The translations under genes and the position numbers were made by a program. Shown here piece after piece: positions 40,920-51,179 of a stretch of 64,000 bases of DNA. The notes under the pieces were generated by a model. That model worked only from the letters and a program-made list of their open reading frames with translations, was not told the origin of the DNA and did not search any database. The stretch's first letter is position 1. Every line of letters starts with the position of its first letter. The stretch is from assembly GCA_031285565.1 (NCBI GenBank), contig JAITVY010000048.1:2276-66275 (forward strand), in the 5' to 3' direction. Origin of the DNA: Tannerella sp. Its GTDB lineage: Bacteria > Bacteroidota > Bacteroidia > Bacteroidales > Tannerellaceae.

Positions 40920-43646
40920 ATGAGAGTCTTTCTAAACCTGATATTAATACTGTTTACCATTTATCTCTTTACCGGCTGTCATTCTCTGAATGAGGAAAAG
41001 AAATATGTTATAGGATTATCGCAATGTATGTTGGATGATGCCTGGAGACAATCTATGATTAGAGAAACCCAATTGGAAGCATCCAATTATGATAATATCA
41101 GGTTGGAAATCCGTAATGCAGATAATGACAATGAGCAACAGATAAGGCAAATACAGGAGCTAATTGATATGAAAGTGGATATTCTGATTATCTCTCCTTT
41201 TCAATCAGGCCCGATCACTCCTGTAGCAGAAAAAGCTTATAAGGCTGGCATACCGACTATAATTACGGATCGTAAAATAAATACGGAACTTTATACTACA
41301 TTTATTGGAGCAGATAATTATGATATCGGAAAAACAGCCGGTAAATATGCCATAGATTATCTGCCGGATGATGCTGTTATTTTAGAAATTTGGGGAATGG
41401 AAAGCTCTTCTCCCGCACAGGAAAGACATCTGGGATTTGTAGAAGCTTTGCAGGAGCGTTCTGATATCTCTTATTTTGAACTGAAAGGTGACTGGAGATA
41501 TGATACAACCAGTGTAAGAATTGCACGTACAAAGTTACCTGAACGAATAGATTTTGCATATGCTCATAATGATATGATGGCTATTGCAACCCGGGAATTT
41601 TTTGATAAATATAATCCTGAATTATCTAAAAAACTTCCGATTATTGGTGTGGATGCTGTGCCTGGTGCAGGTTTGGAAGCTGTTGCAGATGGGCGTCTTA
41701 GCGCTTCTTTTATGTATCCTACAGGTGGAGAGCAGGTTATACGTACTGCTATGAATATTCTGGAAGGGAAATCTGTTGAAAAATATATTCAACTTGAAAG
41801 CGCACAAGTAAATAAAGCCAGTGCCATTACTTTGCTTCTTCAAACAAAAACTATGCTGAATTATCAGAAACGTATTGAACAACAACGGAGTAATATAGAC
41901 CAGTTGTTAAACCGTTATCAATTTCTTGAGAATTCCCTGCTACTTATATCCGTTTTGATGATAGCCTTTGTTATCCTGAGTATTTATACATTTATTATAA
42001 ATAGGAAAGTGCGGAGACGGAATAAGGAATTACATCAAATGAACCAGAAAGAAAAGGAACAGCAACAAAAGTTGATAGCCCTCAATGCTGAAATAAAAGA
42101 AGTTACAGCCCAGAAACTGCAATTTTTTACGAATGTATCACATGAAATCAGAACGCCTCTCACGCTTATTATCGATCCATTGAACAAACTTATAGAGGTA
42201 ATGAAAGATTCTCTATACTTTTCAGACTTACACCTTATCCGTAAAAATGCCAATAGGTTACTTAAAGTAATTAATCAAATCCTGGATTTCAGGAAACTGG
42301 AACTCTCAAAAGAGAAAGTTAAAATACATCCTGTTGAAATCGTATCTTTTACAGGAGAAATAAAATCGTATTTTGAGAGTATGGCTCAAGTAAGGAATAT
42401 CGACTTGTGTTTTTCTGCAGCGATGGATAAACAGGAATTATGGATTGATACAAATATGATAGAGAAAGTATTTGTAAACTTGCTTTCCAATGCATTTAAA
42501 TTTACCCCTGATAGTGGAAAAGTAGAAGTTTCTTTATATGAAGATGATACATACGTTTTTGTAGACATAAAAGATAACGGAAGCGGAATTAACCCGGAAA
42601 AAATACCTTATCTGTTTGATCAGTTTTATACGGAAAATAGTCCCTCTGGAACAGGAATAGGTTTGCACTTGGCAAAGGAATACATTGTTTTGCATCATGG
42701 GAATATTACCGTAAAAAGTATATTAGGAAAAGGTTCCGTTTTTACAGTAGTCTTAAATAAAGGGAAAACGCATTTTGAAAAAGACCTTGTATCAGAGCTG
42801 CCTGTTTCACAGCTATCCTACGAAGCTTCCCAACTGGATGATTCAACAGAGAAGGAATTGCTGTCGGAAAAGTATCCATATACGATCCTTATTGTAGAGG
42901 ATGATAAGGAAGTTCTTTTATATCTTGCAGATGAATTAAAGAATAATTTTGAGACAATTACGGCTACCAATGGAAAAGAAGCGATGGAAGTACTTCAAAA
43001 TGAAAATATTTCACTGGTCTTAAGTGATGTGATGATGCCTGAAATGAATGGATTTGATCTTTGTAGAGCCATAAAGAATGAAATATCCCTGAACCACATC
43101 CCTGTCATACTTCTTACTGCATTGGCCGAAGAGAGGCAGAAAAATTATGCTATTTCAGGGGGAGCGGATGATTATATCCAGAAACCTTTCAGTACAAAGT
43201 TTGTGAAGTTGAAAATAATCCGTTTGCTGGAAGAACGTAAACGATTGCGTGAGCAATTACTTTACAGATTAAAAGAAAGTAGTCTCTTACAAATCGATCC
43301 CGGCAAGGTCGAAAACATGGACGATCTCTTTCTTCGCCGTTTTTTGACATCTGTAGAGACAGTTTATCAGGATGCCGAATTCAATGTAGAGAAACTGAGC
43401 GAATTACTTTCCTTATCCCGTGGGCATCTTCATCGCAAAGTAAAAGAACTTACAGGCGATTCGCCTATCGAATTCCTCAGGAATTACCGTCTTCGCAAAG
43501 CCGCTATTTTATTAATGCAAAAACAGCTTTCCATCAGTGAAATAACTTATCAGACGGGTTTTTCCTCTCCGGCTTATTTTTCAAAGTGTTTCAAAGCTTT
43601 GTTTGGTATGACTCCACGGGAGTATCAGGAGGGTGAAAATCATTAG
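40920..43646 (+). CDS. Hybrid two-component system, BT1754-like fructose sensor
   Basis: Periplasmic sugar-binding domain (D.WR, AHND.MA, IIGVDA), TM, HisKA (FFTNVSHEIRTPL), HATPase, REC (SDVMMP) and AraC HTH (GFSSPAYFSKCFK). Confidence 0.92.
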   Translation: MRVFLNLILILFTIYLFTGCHSLNEEKKYVIGLSQCMLDDAWRQSMIRETQLEASNYDNIRLEIRNADNDNEQQIRQIQELIDMKVDILIISPFQSGPITPVAEKAYKAGIPTIITDRKINTELYTTFIGADNYDIGKTAGKYAIDYLPDDAVILEIWGMESSSPAQERHLGFVEALQERSDISYFELKGDWRYDTTSVRIARTKLPERIDFAYAHNDMMAIATREFFDKYNPELSKKLPIIGVDAVPGAGLEAVADGRLSASFMYPTGGEQVIRTAMNILEGKSVEKYIQLESAQVNKASAITLLLQTKTMLNYQKRIEQQRSNIDQLLNRYQFLENSLLLISVLMIAFVILSIYTFIINRKVRRRNKELHQMNQKEKEQQQKLIALNAEIKEVTAQKLQFFTNVSHEIRTPLTLIIDPLNKLIEVMKDSLYFSDLHLIRKNANRLLKVINQILDFRKLELSKEKVKIHPVEIVSFTGEIKSYFESMAQVRNIDLCFSAAMDKQELWIDTNMIEKVFVNLLSNAFKFTPDSGKVEVSLYEDDTYVFVDIKDNGSGINPEKIPYLFDQFYTENSPSGTGIGLHLAKEYIVLHHGNITVKSILGKGSVFTVVLNKGKTHFEKDLVSELPVSQLSYEASQLDDSTEKELLSEKYPYTILIVEDDKEVLLYLADELKNNFETITATNGKEAMEVLQNENISLVLSDVMMPEMNGFDLCRAIKNEISLNHIPVILLTALAEERQKNYAISGGADDYIQKPFSTKFVKLKIIRLLEERKRLREQLLYRLKESSLLQIDPGKVENMDDLFLRRFLTSVETVYQDAEFNVEKLSELLSLSRGHLHRKVKELTGDSPIEFLRNYRLRKAAILLMQKQLSISEITYQTGFSSPAYFSKCFKALFGMTPREYQEGENH

Positions 43647-44313
43647 TATGGTTAGATGAGCTTATTGGACTTCAAATAAATTATACTTTTCTTTGCGCAA
43701 AACCTATGTAATTGTTAGAAATCTTTTTATGAATTAGTTTAGTGCTGTTTTTTTTGAACAAAAAACAAACGAAAAATACAATAAGGTAAATAGACAATAA
43801 GTGTATTGGAAAGAGATGAAAATGGTATGGATACAATAAGAATAATATAAACAAAGATACAAATTTTTTTTGAGACTACCAACTCATAGGATACTTACTC
43901 GATCCTTATACGATCTCTTCTGTAAGAAGAAATATGTTACATATCCCTTGGAGGAGCACTATCAAAATGTAAAAACAAAGCATATCCCAAAAAGAAGTCT
44001 GCAATAGCAAAGTTATAACGTTTCTTCGAATAGGTTGAAATTGACAGATTGAATCTTATTTTGCTGTTTTGCTTACAAATGGTCGGTGATGATGCTTGTT
44101 TTTGTCTTAAAAGTTTATATATTATTAACTGAATAAGTTAAATCGAAAGATTGATTCCACATTCTATCGGAAAAAACGTAGGATGATGAACGTGAAAACC
44201 AGAGGTCGCTATTTTTAAAAAAAATACAATAAGCCCCTTTCGTGGTTTCGGATTTTCAATCAAATCTAATCTTGTTTTGTATAAACCACCTTGCTTCGCA
44301 ACTGCTATTATTA

Positions 44314-44435
44314 GACAAATGTCACATTTTTCATACAAAATTTATAGTTGAAGAGATTTGTTAATCCGATGTGACAAATGTAATAGTTTATGTTTGTTCT
44401 GTTATCTATCCTTGCTTTCTGCTACTCTACATTTG
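44314..44435 (+). promoter_or_regulatory. susC promoter with putative HTCS-binding direct repeats
   Basis: GACAAATGT at 44314-44322 and 44373-44381, related ACAAAATTTATA at 44335-44346; -7 box TACATTTG at 44428-44435. Confidence 0.6.
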
Positions 44436-44478
44436 CCCCTCGTAATTTAATGTTAAATAACTAAAATCGAATTTACCT

Positions 44479-47400
44479 ATGAAAACATCGTTTTGGTGCA
44501 AGCTATGTATGTCGGTTATTTTTTTGTTTGTAACCCATTCTCTCTTTGCGCAGCAAGTATCCGTTAAAGGAACTGTTCTTTCGGAAACCGATAACCTTCC
44601 GGTTGTCGGAGCATCAATCATCCAGAAAGGTACCACGAATGGAACCATTACAGACGTGGACGGGCAATTTACCCTCCAAGTATCTCAAGGTGCTGTGATT
44701 AGCATCAGTTATATAGGTTTCATTACCCAGGAGATCCCGGCAGATGCGGATAAAATATTTAATATCCTGTTGAAAGAAGATGTACAAACCCTGGGGGATG
44801 TAGTCGTAACCGGATATTCCAGCCAAAAGAAAGCCGACTTGACCGGTGCTGTTTCGGTTGTAAAAATGGATGAGATCAAAACCATTAACAGCAGTAATGC
44901 TATCAAATCATTACAGGGGCGTATACCGGGCATTCATATTAAAAATACAGGACAGCCTAACGGTGATGTGGATGTCAAGATCCGCGGAGTCTCTACACTG
45001 GGAAATTCAAAGCCACTGTACGTTATTGATGGAGTTCCCAGTACACGTTCGATGAATGAAATCGCTACTTCCGACATTGAATCGATCCAGGTATTGAAAG
45101 ATGCTTCTTCTGCCACGATCTATGGTTCGCGTGCGGCTAACGGTGTAATTATTATCACTACACGTAAAGCTAAGTCAAAAGGCACGAATGTGGAATTCCG
45201 TTCTTCCCTTACTGCCCAACAATGGCAACGCCCGGTTAAACTTTTGAACAGTGATGAATATGGGAAAGTAAAATTCTATGCCGGTGTCTACGATGGACAG
45301 TTGGCAACACCGTCAAGCAATGCCGTTCTCGGTGAATATACATATGACTGGAGCCGTGGAAATCTGGGAGAACCGGTCCTCAATAAAATGACAATGGCTG
45401 AATACCTCTATGTAGGTGATAACCCCGTTATGTATGCATCCGATACCGACTGGGTAAAAGAAGTAAGCCGTACCGGATTTATGCAAAACTATAACCTAAC
45501 CCTTACAACAGGAACGGATAAAGGTCGTGCCTTATTCTCTGCGGATTATTTCGGAAATAATGGTACGATCAACGGAACCTCTTTCGAACGTTTGACAGCC
45601 CGTCTCAACAGTGATTATAAATTGCTAAACGACCGGGTTACTATCGGTGAGAACCTCTCCATTTCAAAAACCCGCAGTTCTAATATAGATGCGGTCGATA
45701 TCCAGAACATGGCGAAGAACCTGCCCTCCATTGTTCCCGTACATTCTGTAGACGGCGGCTGGGGCGGACCGGCTAACGGTATGTCCGATCGTCAGAATCC
45801 GGTTCGTGTTATCGAAGATAATAAACAGAACCATGAAGACGTATTCCGTATTTTCGGAGATGTAAACCTGACTGTCGACATCCTTAAAGGTCTGCAATTC
45901 CGGTCTAAATTAGGTATAGACTATACAGGCTTCTGGAAACGTAATATGCAGAAAACATATGTATCCGGTTTTATGAAAGACGAAACGGCAAAACTTACCA
46001 ATGATGCCAATTACGGAGGGAACTGGATCCTGAGTAATGTGCTTAACTACAAATTCAATCTCAGCAAACATGATTTTGATATCCTGGCTGGACAGGAAAT
46101 GCTCAAATACTCCTATGCAAATATTTCTGCTAGCCGTGACGGATTCCTGATCGAAACACCTGAATATATGTATCTTGATGCCGGTGAATCCAATTTTCAG
46201 AACGGCGGTGGCGGTACGGGTTATTCACTGTCTTCTTTCTTTGGAAAGATAAACTATAGTTATGACAACAAGTATCTGGCCTCTGTTACCGTACGCCGCG
46301 ATGGATCATCACGCTTCGGTAAGAACAACCGTTGGGGAACATTCCCTGCATTCTCACTTGGTTGGCGTGTCAGCGAAGAAGCTTTTATGGAAGGAGCAAA
46401 AAATATAGTATCCGACCTGAAACTACGTTACGGATGGGGTAAAACCGGAAACCAGGAAATAGAAAACTATGCGGCCTATGGACTGTATCAGGCAGTATAT
46501 GGAACCGATCCTACCTGGGAACGTGATAAGGGAACAGCTTATGATATAACGGGAGGAGGTTCTGGTACACTGCCTTCAGGATTTATCCGCACCCAACGCC
46601 CCAATGAAAACCTTCGTTGGGAAGCAACAACACAGAGCAATGCAGGTATAGATTTCGCATTCCTGGATTATAAATTCGTAGGGTCGGTCGACTATTTCTT
46701 CAAAAAGACAGACGATATCCTCGTTAAGCCACCCTATATAGCAACATTAGGATACGGTGGAGACCGTTATGTGAACGGAGCCAGTATGGAGAACTACGGA
46801 TTTGAATTTATCCTGACATACAACCAACCGATCGGCGAAGTAGACCTTGCCATAACAGGAAATCTCTCTACCTACAAAAACAAAATAACCAAACTTCCTG
46901 AAGATGTAATCAACTCATATCCCGGCAACGGTAACGACCAGACTATCCTGGGACGCCCCTGGAAATCACTATTCGGATATGTAACAGACGGCTTATTCCA
47001 GACACAGGAAGAGGTGGATGCACATGCCAAACAACCCGGAAAAGGACTCGGTCGTATACGATATGTGGATTTGAACAATGACGGTGAAATAAACGATGAA
47101 GACCGTACCTGGTTAGGCGTTGAAGACCCCGATTTCCTATATGGTCTTAACATCACAGCCAGCTACAAACAATTCGATTTCTCTGTATTCTTCAACGGAC
47201 AAGTAGGCTCACACTCATATAATAACCTCAAAGAATTTACAGATTTCTTAGGGTTCTTCGGTGGACAAAATTACGGGCGGCGACTTTTAGACGGCTGGCG
47301 TCCCGATAACACCAATACTACTATCCCTGCTATTACCGGCAATAATAACAATTCTGAAAATCGCCGTTCCACCTATTTCATTGAGAATACTTCATTCCTG

Positions 47401-47616
47401 AAACTCGCAAACTTCGAGATCGGATATACCTTACCCGAATCTGTAGCTCGTAAAGCATTTATGCAGAATGCCCGTATATACGTATCAGGACAGAACCTTC
47501 TGACAATCAAAAAAGGATGGGGAGACAACCAATTTACAGGAGCTGACCCGGAAACGCCTAATTACGCCTACCCGGTGCCACGGGCATTCACATTCGGTTT
47601 AAACGTCTCTTTTTAA
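44479..47616 (+). CDS. SusC/RagA TonB-dependent transporter (fructan PUL)
   Basis: DLTGAVS, PLYVIDG, DIESIQVLKDASSATIYGSRAANGVIIITT, RRDGSSRFG and a C-terminal F. Confidence 0.96.
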   Translation: MKTSFWCKLCMSVIFLFVTHSLFAQQVSVKGTVLSETDNLPVVGASIIQKGTTNGTITDVDGQFTLQVSQGAVISISYIGFITQEIPADADKIFNILLKEDVQTLGDVVVTGYSSQKKADLTGAVSVVKMDEIKTINSSNAIKSLQGRIPGIHIKNTGQPNGDVDVKIRGVSTLGNSKPLYVIDGVPSTRSMNEIATSDIESIQVLKDASSATIYGSRAANGVIIITTRKAKSKGTNVEFRSSLTAQQWQRPVKLLNSDEYGKVKFYAGVYDGQLATPSSNAVLGEYTYDWSRGNLGEPVLNKMTMAEYLYVGDNPVMYASDTDWVKEVSRTGFMQNYNLTLTTGTDKGRALFSADYFGNNGTINGTSFERLTARLNSDYKLLNDRVTIGENLSISKTRSSNIDAVDIQNMAKNLPSIVPVHSVDGGWGGPANGMSDRQNPVRVIEDNKQNHEDVFRIFGDVNLTVDILKGLQFRSKLGIDYTGFWKRNMQKTYVSGFMKDETAKLTNDANYGGNWILSNVLNYKFNLSKHDFDILAGQEMLKYSYANISASRDGFLIETPEYMYLDAGESNFQNGGGGTGYSLSSFFGKINYSYDNKYLASVTVRRDGSSRFGKNNRWGTFPAFSLGWRVSEEAFMEGAKNIVSDLKLRYGWGKTGNQEIENYAAYGLYQAVYGTDPTWERDKGTAYDITGGGSGTLPSGFIRTQRPNENLRWEATTQSNAGIDFAFLDYKFVGSVDYFFKKTDDILVKPPYIATLGYGGDRYVNGASMENYGFEFILTYNQPIGEVDLAITGNLSTYKNKITKLPEDVINSYPGNGNDQTILGRPWKSLFGYVTDGLFQTQEEVDAHAKQPGKGLGRIRYVDLNNDGEINDEDRTWLGVEDPDFLYGLNITASYKQFDFSVFFNGQVGSHSYNNLKEFTDFLGFFGGQNYGRRLLDGWRPDNTNTTIPAITGNNNNSENRRSTYFIENTSFLKLANFEIGYTLPESVARKAFMQNARIYVSGQNLLTIKKGWGDNQFTGADPETPNYAYPVPRAFTFGLNVSF

Positions 47617-47657
47617 GCCGCCTTTAAATAATTATTAAAAATTAATCATTAGCAAAC

Positions 47658-47764
47658 ATGAAACGAAGCATGATTTTTATAAAATTAGAAAAGTCCATAA
47701 TAATAAAAATCGTGCGAGTTCCATACAACCTTAGTTTAAAAAAATAAAATATTATCGTATGAAA
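47658..47764 (+). mobile_element. Start-codon-duplicating structured element, copy 1 (before susD)
   Basis: Bounded by direct ATGAAA repeats (47658 and 47759). The 5' 19 nt are identical, and the 3' block 48/53 identical, to the copy at 57805-57952. Mobility is inferred. Confidence 0.65.
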
Positions 47765-49483
47765 ACATATAAATATTTATTGCTGACAGCTGCTGCTACA
47801 TTCACATTCAATGCATGTGATTCATTTCTGGATGAGACAGCACGTGGAGTAGGTGACTCTGACCAGTTGAACGGACCTGCAGAAGTGGAAAAAATGGTAA
47901 TAGCGGCCTATTCATCACTTGGGAACTACCAATTTGGCGACGGACTCCACGCCCCGTGGCCATATGGCGATCTTCGTGCAGGCGACTCTTACAAAGGAGG
48001 AGCCGGAACAGGCGATATGGGAGACTTCCACCTTATGGAAACATTCGTATACCTACTCGATGATAATAGTTACCTGGACAAACGCTGGTATTCCGGATAT
48101 ATATCTATAGCCAGATGCAACGATGCCCTGAAACGTATTAATGATTTGACAGAAGAAGAATATCCGAAAAAGAAAAGTCGCCAGGCAGAACTCCGTTTCC
48201 TGCGCGCACACTATAATTTCGATATGAAGATACTTTTCAAAAAAATACCCTATATCGATGAAAATGTGGCGGAAGACGATTATATCACCATTTCCAATGA
48301 CGTATATAACGACCAGCAACTTTGGGACCTCATCATCGAAGAATTCCGCTTTGCTGTAGAAAACCTTCCGCCCAAACAGGATGAACTTGGACGTATCAAT
48401 GCAAATATGGCAAAAGCCTATCTGGCAAAAGCTCTTCTTTATTCGGCCTATGAACAAGATGAGAAACATAATGTAGTTAACATCAACAACAGCCGGTTGG
48501 AAGAAGTTGTAAAACTTGCACGCGAACTCTCTTCAGTGTATTCCCTATCATCCGACTTTGCAGACAACTTCTTGTGTGAAACTGAAAACGGGCCTGAATC
48601 TATCTTTGCGATCCAGCATTCTGCCAATGACGGAACCCTCAAAGGTCGCCTCGACTGGGGAGCCATGCTGAATTATCCGATGAACAGCGAATATGGATGC
48701 TGCGGATTTCACCAACCTTCACAAAACATGGTCAATGCATTCCGTACTGATGATAAAGGATTACCTCTTTTTGACACGTTCAATGAGAAGAACCTCTCAA
48801 ATGCAGACGATGTATTGCAAAATAACGTAGATCCCCGTTTGAACCATACGGTAGCCATACCAGGTGCACCTTATAAATACGTACCTGATTTCATTTTCGA
48901 CAGAAGTTGGTTACGCGACCCGGATGTGTATGGAGAATTTATGTCATTGAAAGAAGTTGTACGGCCTGATTGCCCTTGCTTTGGATTCGTTCTGCCATTT
49001 ATGAGCAGTTCCAAGAACCGTGATGTGATCCGCTACGACGACGTAATGCTTTGGGAAGCCGAAGCTCTCATCGAACTCGGACGTCATAACGAAGCCCTAC
49101 CCATTATCAACAAAATCCGTCAGCGCGCAGCAGCAAGTACAGCGCGCCTTGTGGACGTACAAGGCGATGCAACCGGTAAATTCGTAATTGATGTATACAA
49201 ACCCGGTGAAAACTGTTCAGCCTGGACACAAGATTTTGCCCGTCAGGCATTACGTTGGGAACGCCGTCTGGAATTTTCACAGGAAGGATTCCGTTTCTTC
49301 GACCTCGTACGCTGGGGTATTGCAGAAGAAGAAATAAACAAATACTTCAAGGAAGAACAACCCCGTCGTACCTACATTACTAACGATGTAAGATTCAGAA
49401 AAAATAAAGACGAATACTTCCCCGTTCCGAAGAATCAGATTAATTTTAGCAAAAAATTATATAAACAAAATTATGGCTGGTAA
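47759..49483 (+). CDS. SusD/RagB lipoprotein, resembling the BT1762 fructan-binding type
   Basis: Lipobox FNAC, AELRFLRA, IRYDDVMLWEAEA, ERRLEF..EG.RFFDLVRW and a YGCCGFHQPSQN segment. Confidence 0.94.
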   Translation: MKTYKYLLLTAAATFTFNACDSFLDETARGVGDSDQLNGPAEVEKMVIAAYSSLGNYQFGDGLHAPWPYGDLRAGDSYKGGAGTGDMGDFHLMETFVYLLDDNSYLDKRWYSGYISIARCNDALKRINDLTEEEYPKKKSRQAELRFLRAHYNFDMKILFKKIPYIDENVAEDDYITISNDVYNDQQLWDLIIEEFRFAVENLPPKQDELGRINANMAKAYLAKALLYSAYEQDEKHNVVNINNSRLEEVVKLARELSSVYSLSSDFADNFLCETENGPESIFAIQHSANDGTLKGRLDWGAMLNYPMNSEYGCCGFHQPSQNMVNAFRTDDKGLPLFDTFNEKNLSNADDVLQNNVDPRLNHTVAIPGAPYKYVPDFIFDRSWLRDPDVYGEFMSLKEVVRPDCPCFGFVLPFMSSSKNRDVIRYDDVMLWEAEALIELGRHNEALPIINKIRQRAAASTARLVDVQGDATGKFVIDVYKPGENCSAWTQDFARQALRWERRLEFSQEGFRFFDLVRWGIAEEEINKYFKEEQPRRTYITNDVRFRKNKDEYFPVPKNQINFSKKLYKQNYGW

Positions 49484-49532
49484 TCCGTCATATGCAAGAC
49501 GACTAATTTTTAGAATCTAATATCATATCATC

Positions 49533-51179
49533 ATGCAAAAAAAGAATTTATTTTTATTCGTCTGCGCTGCTTTACTGGCAATGCAGGCAAGTGCCGAAGA
49601 AGTATCGATTAAGATTACAAAGAAGTATCTCAATCTTCCGGTAGCTCACCAGATACAAAGGTCTGTTATGACTTTTAAAGTTGATGGAAAGCAGGAGCGG
49701 ATGTTTAATATCCGGCTGGCTTCCGGACTGGCAGATTATTGGGTGTTCTGTGACGTTTCTTCTTTCAAAGACAAAACAATTACAATCTCTTATAAAGGAG
49801 ACAACAGTGGACTAAAGAGTATTTATCAGGCAGACGAAATTGCAGGACAGGAGAACTTATACAAAGAAACGAATCGTCCGCAACTTCATTTCACACCTAA
49901 AAGAGGCTGGCATAACGATCCGAACGGTCTGATTTATTATGAGGGTGAATACCACCTGTTCTATCAACATAATCCATACGAACGGGATTGGGAGAATATG
50001 CATTGGGGACATGCTATCAGTAAAGACTTGATCCATTGGGAAGAAATACAGGAAGCTCTGTATCCGGATGAACATGGAACTATGTTTTCGGGTTCTGCAG
50101 TTATTGATTACAATAATACGGCCGGTTTTAATAAAGGAAAGACGCCGGCAATGGTAGCTATTTATACCGCCGATAACCCCGACAGGCAGATCCAATGTAT
50201 TGCTTACAGCCTTGATAAAGGCCGTACCTGGACAAAATATGATGGCAATCCGGTGATTGATTCCAAAGAAAAGTGGAATAGTAAAGATACGCGTGACCCG
50301 AAAGTATTTTGGTACGAACCAAACAAGGAATGGGTGATGGCATTGAACGAAAGGGATGGGCATTCTATCTATACTTCTGCTAATCTGAAAGAATGGAAGT
50401 ATGAAAGTCATATTACCGGATTCTGGGAATGCCCGGAGTTGTTTGAATTGCCTGTAGACGGAGATATGAATAATAAAAAATGGGTGATGTACGGCGCTTC
50501 CGGAACTTATATGATTGGCACTTTTGATGGTAAAAAATTTACGCCGGAGTCAGGTAAGTATTACTATACAACCGGTTCTATCTATGCAGCCCAGACTTTT
50601 ACCAATATACCTGAATCGGATGGAAGAAGAATCCAGATCGGTTGGGGACGTATTTCACATCCCGGCATGCCTTTCAACAGCCAGATGCTTTTGCCGACAA
50701 CATTAACATTGAAAACCACCAAAGATGGCATTCGCTTGTTCAATAATCCGGTAAAGGAAGTGGATAAATTGCAAACACTTCTCTTCCAAAAACAAACCAT
50801 ACAAGTGAAAGAAGCCAATGAATTGCTTCACTCGTACAGTAATTCCGATTGTCTGCGGGTACAATTTACGATAAAACTCTCTCATGCAACGGATGCCGGA
50901 TTTAATTTATATGGGCAGCAATTGCTGAGATATGATATGAATAATAACCTGGTCAATGGTGTTTTCTATTCTCCGGAAGATATGACGAGCATGGAAATAA
51001 CAGCTGATATTATCGTTGATAAAACGTCTATAGAGGTTTTCATTGATAATGGCACTTATTCTTATTCAATGGAGCGTAGAGCAGATGCCGGAAACAGGGA
51101 AGGTTATCATTTCTGGGGGAACAACATTGAAATTAAGGATCTGAAAGTGTATTCTATGATTTCAATTTGGAACAAATGA
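49533..51179 (+). CDS. GH32 beta-fructosidase / exo-fructanase with an N-terminal DUF4980-like domain
   Basis: WHNDPNG, WGHA, FSGSA, RDPKVF and WECPE motifs; signal peptide. Confidence 0.95.
   Translation: MQKKNLFLFVCAALLAMQASAEEVSIKITKKYLNLPVAHQIQRSVMTFKVDGKQERMFNIRLASGLADYWVFCDVSSFKDKTITISYKGDNSGLKSIYQADEIAGQENLYKETNRPQLHFTPKRGWHNDPNGLIYYEGEYHLFYQHNPYERDWENMHWGHAISKDLIHWEEIQEALYPDEHGTMFSGSAVIDYNNTAGFNKGKTPAMVAIYTADNPDRQIQCIAYSLDKGRTWTKYDGNPVIDSKEKWNSKDTRDPKVFWYEPNKEWVMALNERDGHSIYTSANLKEWKYESHITGFWECPELFELPVDGDMNNKKWVMYGASGTYMIGTFDGKKFTPESGKYYYTTGSIYAAQTFTNIPESDGRRIQIGWGRISHPGMPFNSQMLLPTTLTLKTTKDGIRLFNNPVKEVDKLQTLLFQKQTIQVKEANELLHSYSNSDCLRVQFTIKLSHATDAGFNLYGQQLLRYDMNNNLVNGVFYSPEDMTSMEITADIIVDKTSIEVFIDNGTYSYSMERRADAGNREGYHFWGNNIEIKDLKVYSMISIWNK

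Noticed and set aside
44138-44338. 66-aa minus-strand ORF upstream of susC
   Set aside because: Overlaps the putative HTCS sites and shows no recognisable protein features.
49492-49538. ATGCAA duplicated before the GH32 start, as a possible third start-codon element
   Set aside because: Lacks the conserved CGAAGCATG and GCGAGTTCCATAC blocks; a 6-mer match can arise by chance.
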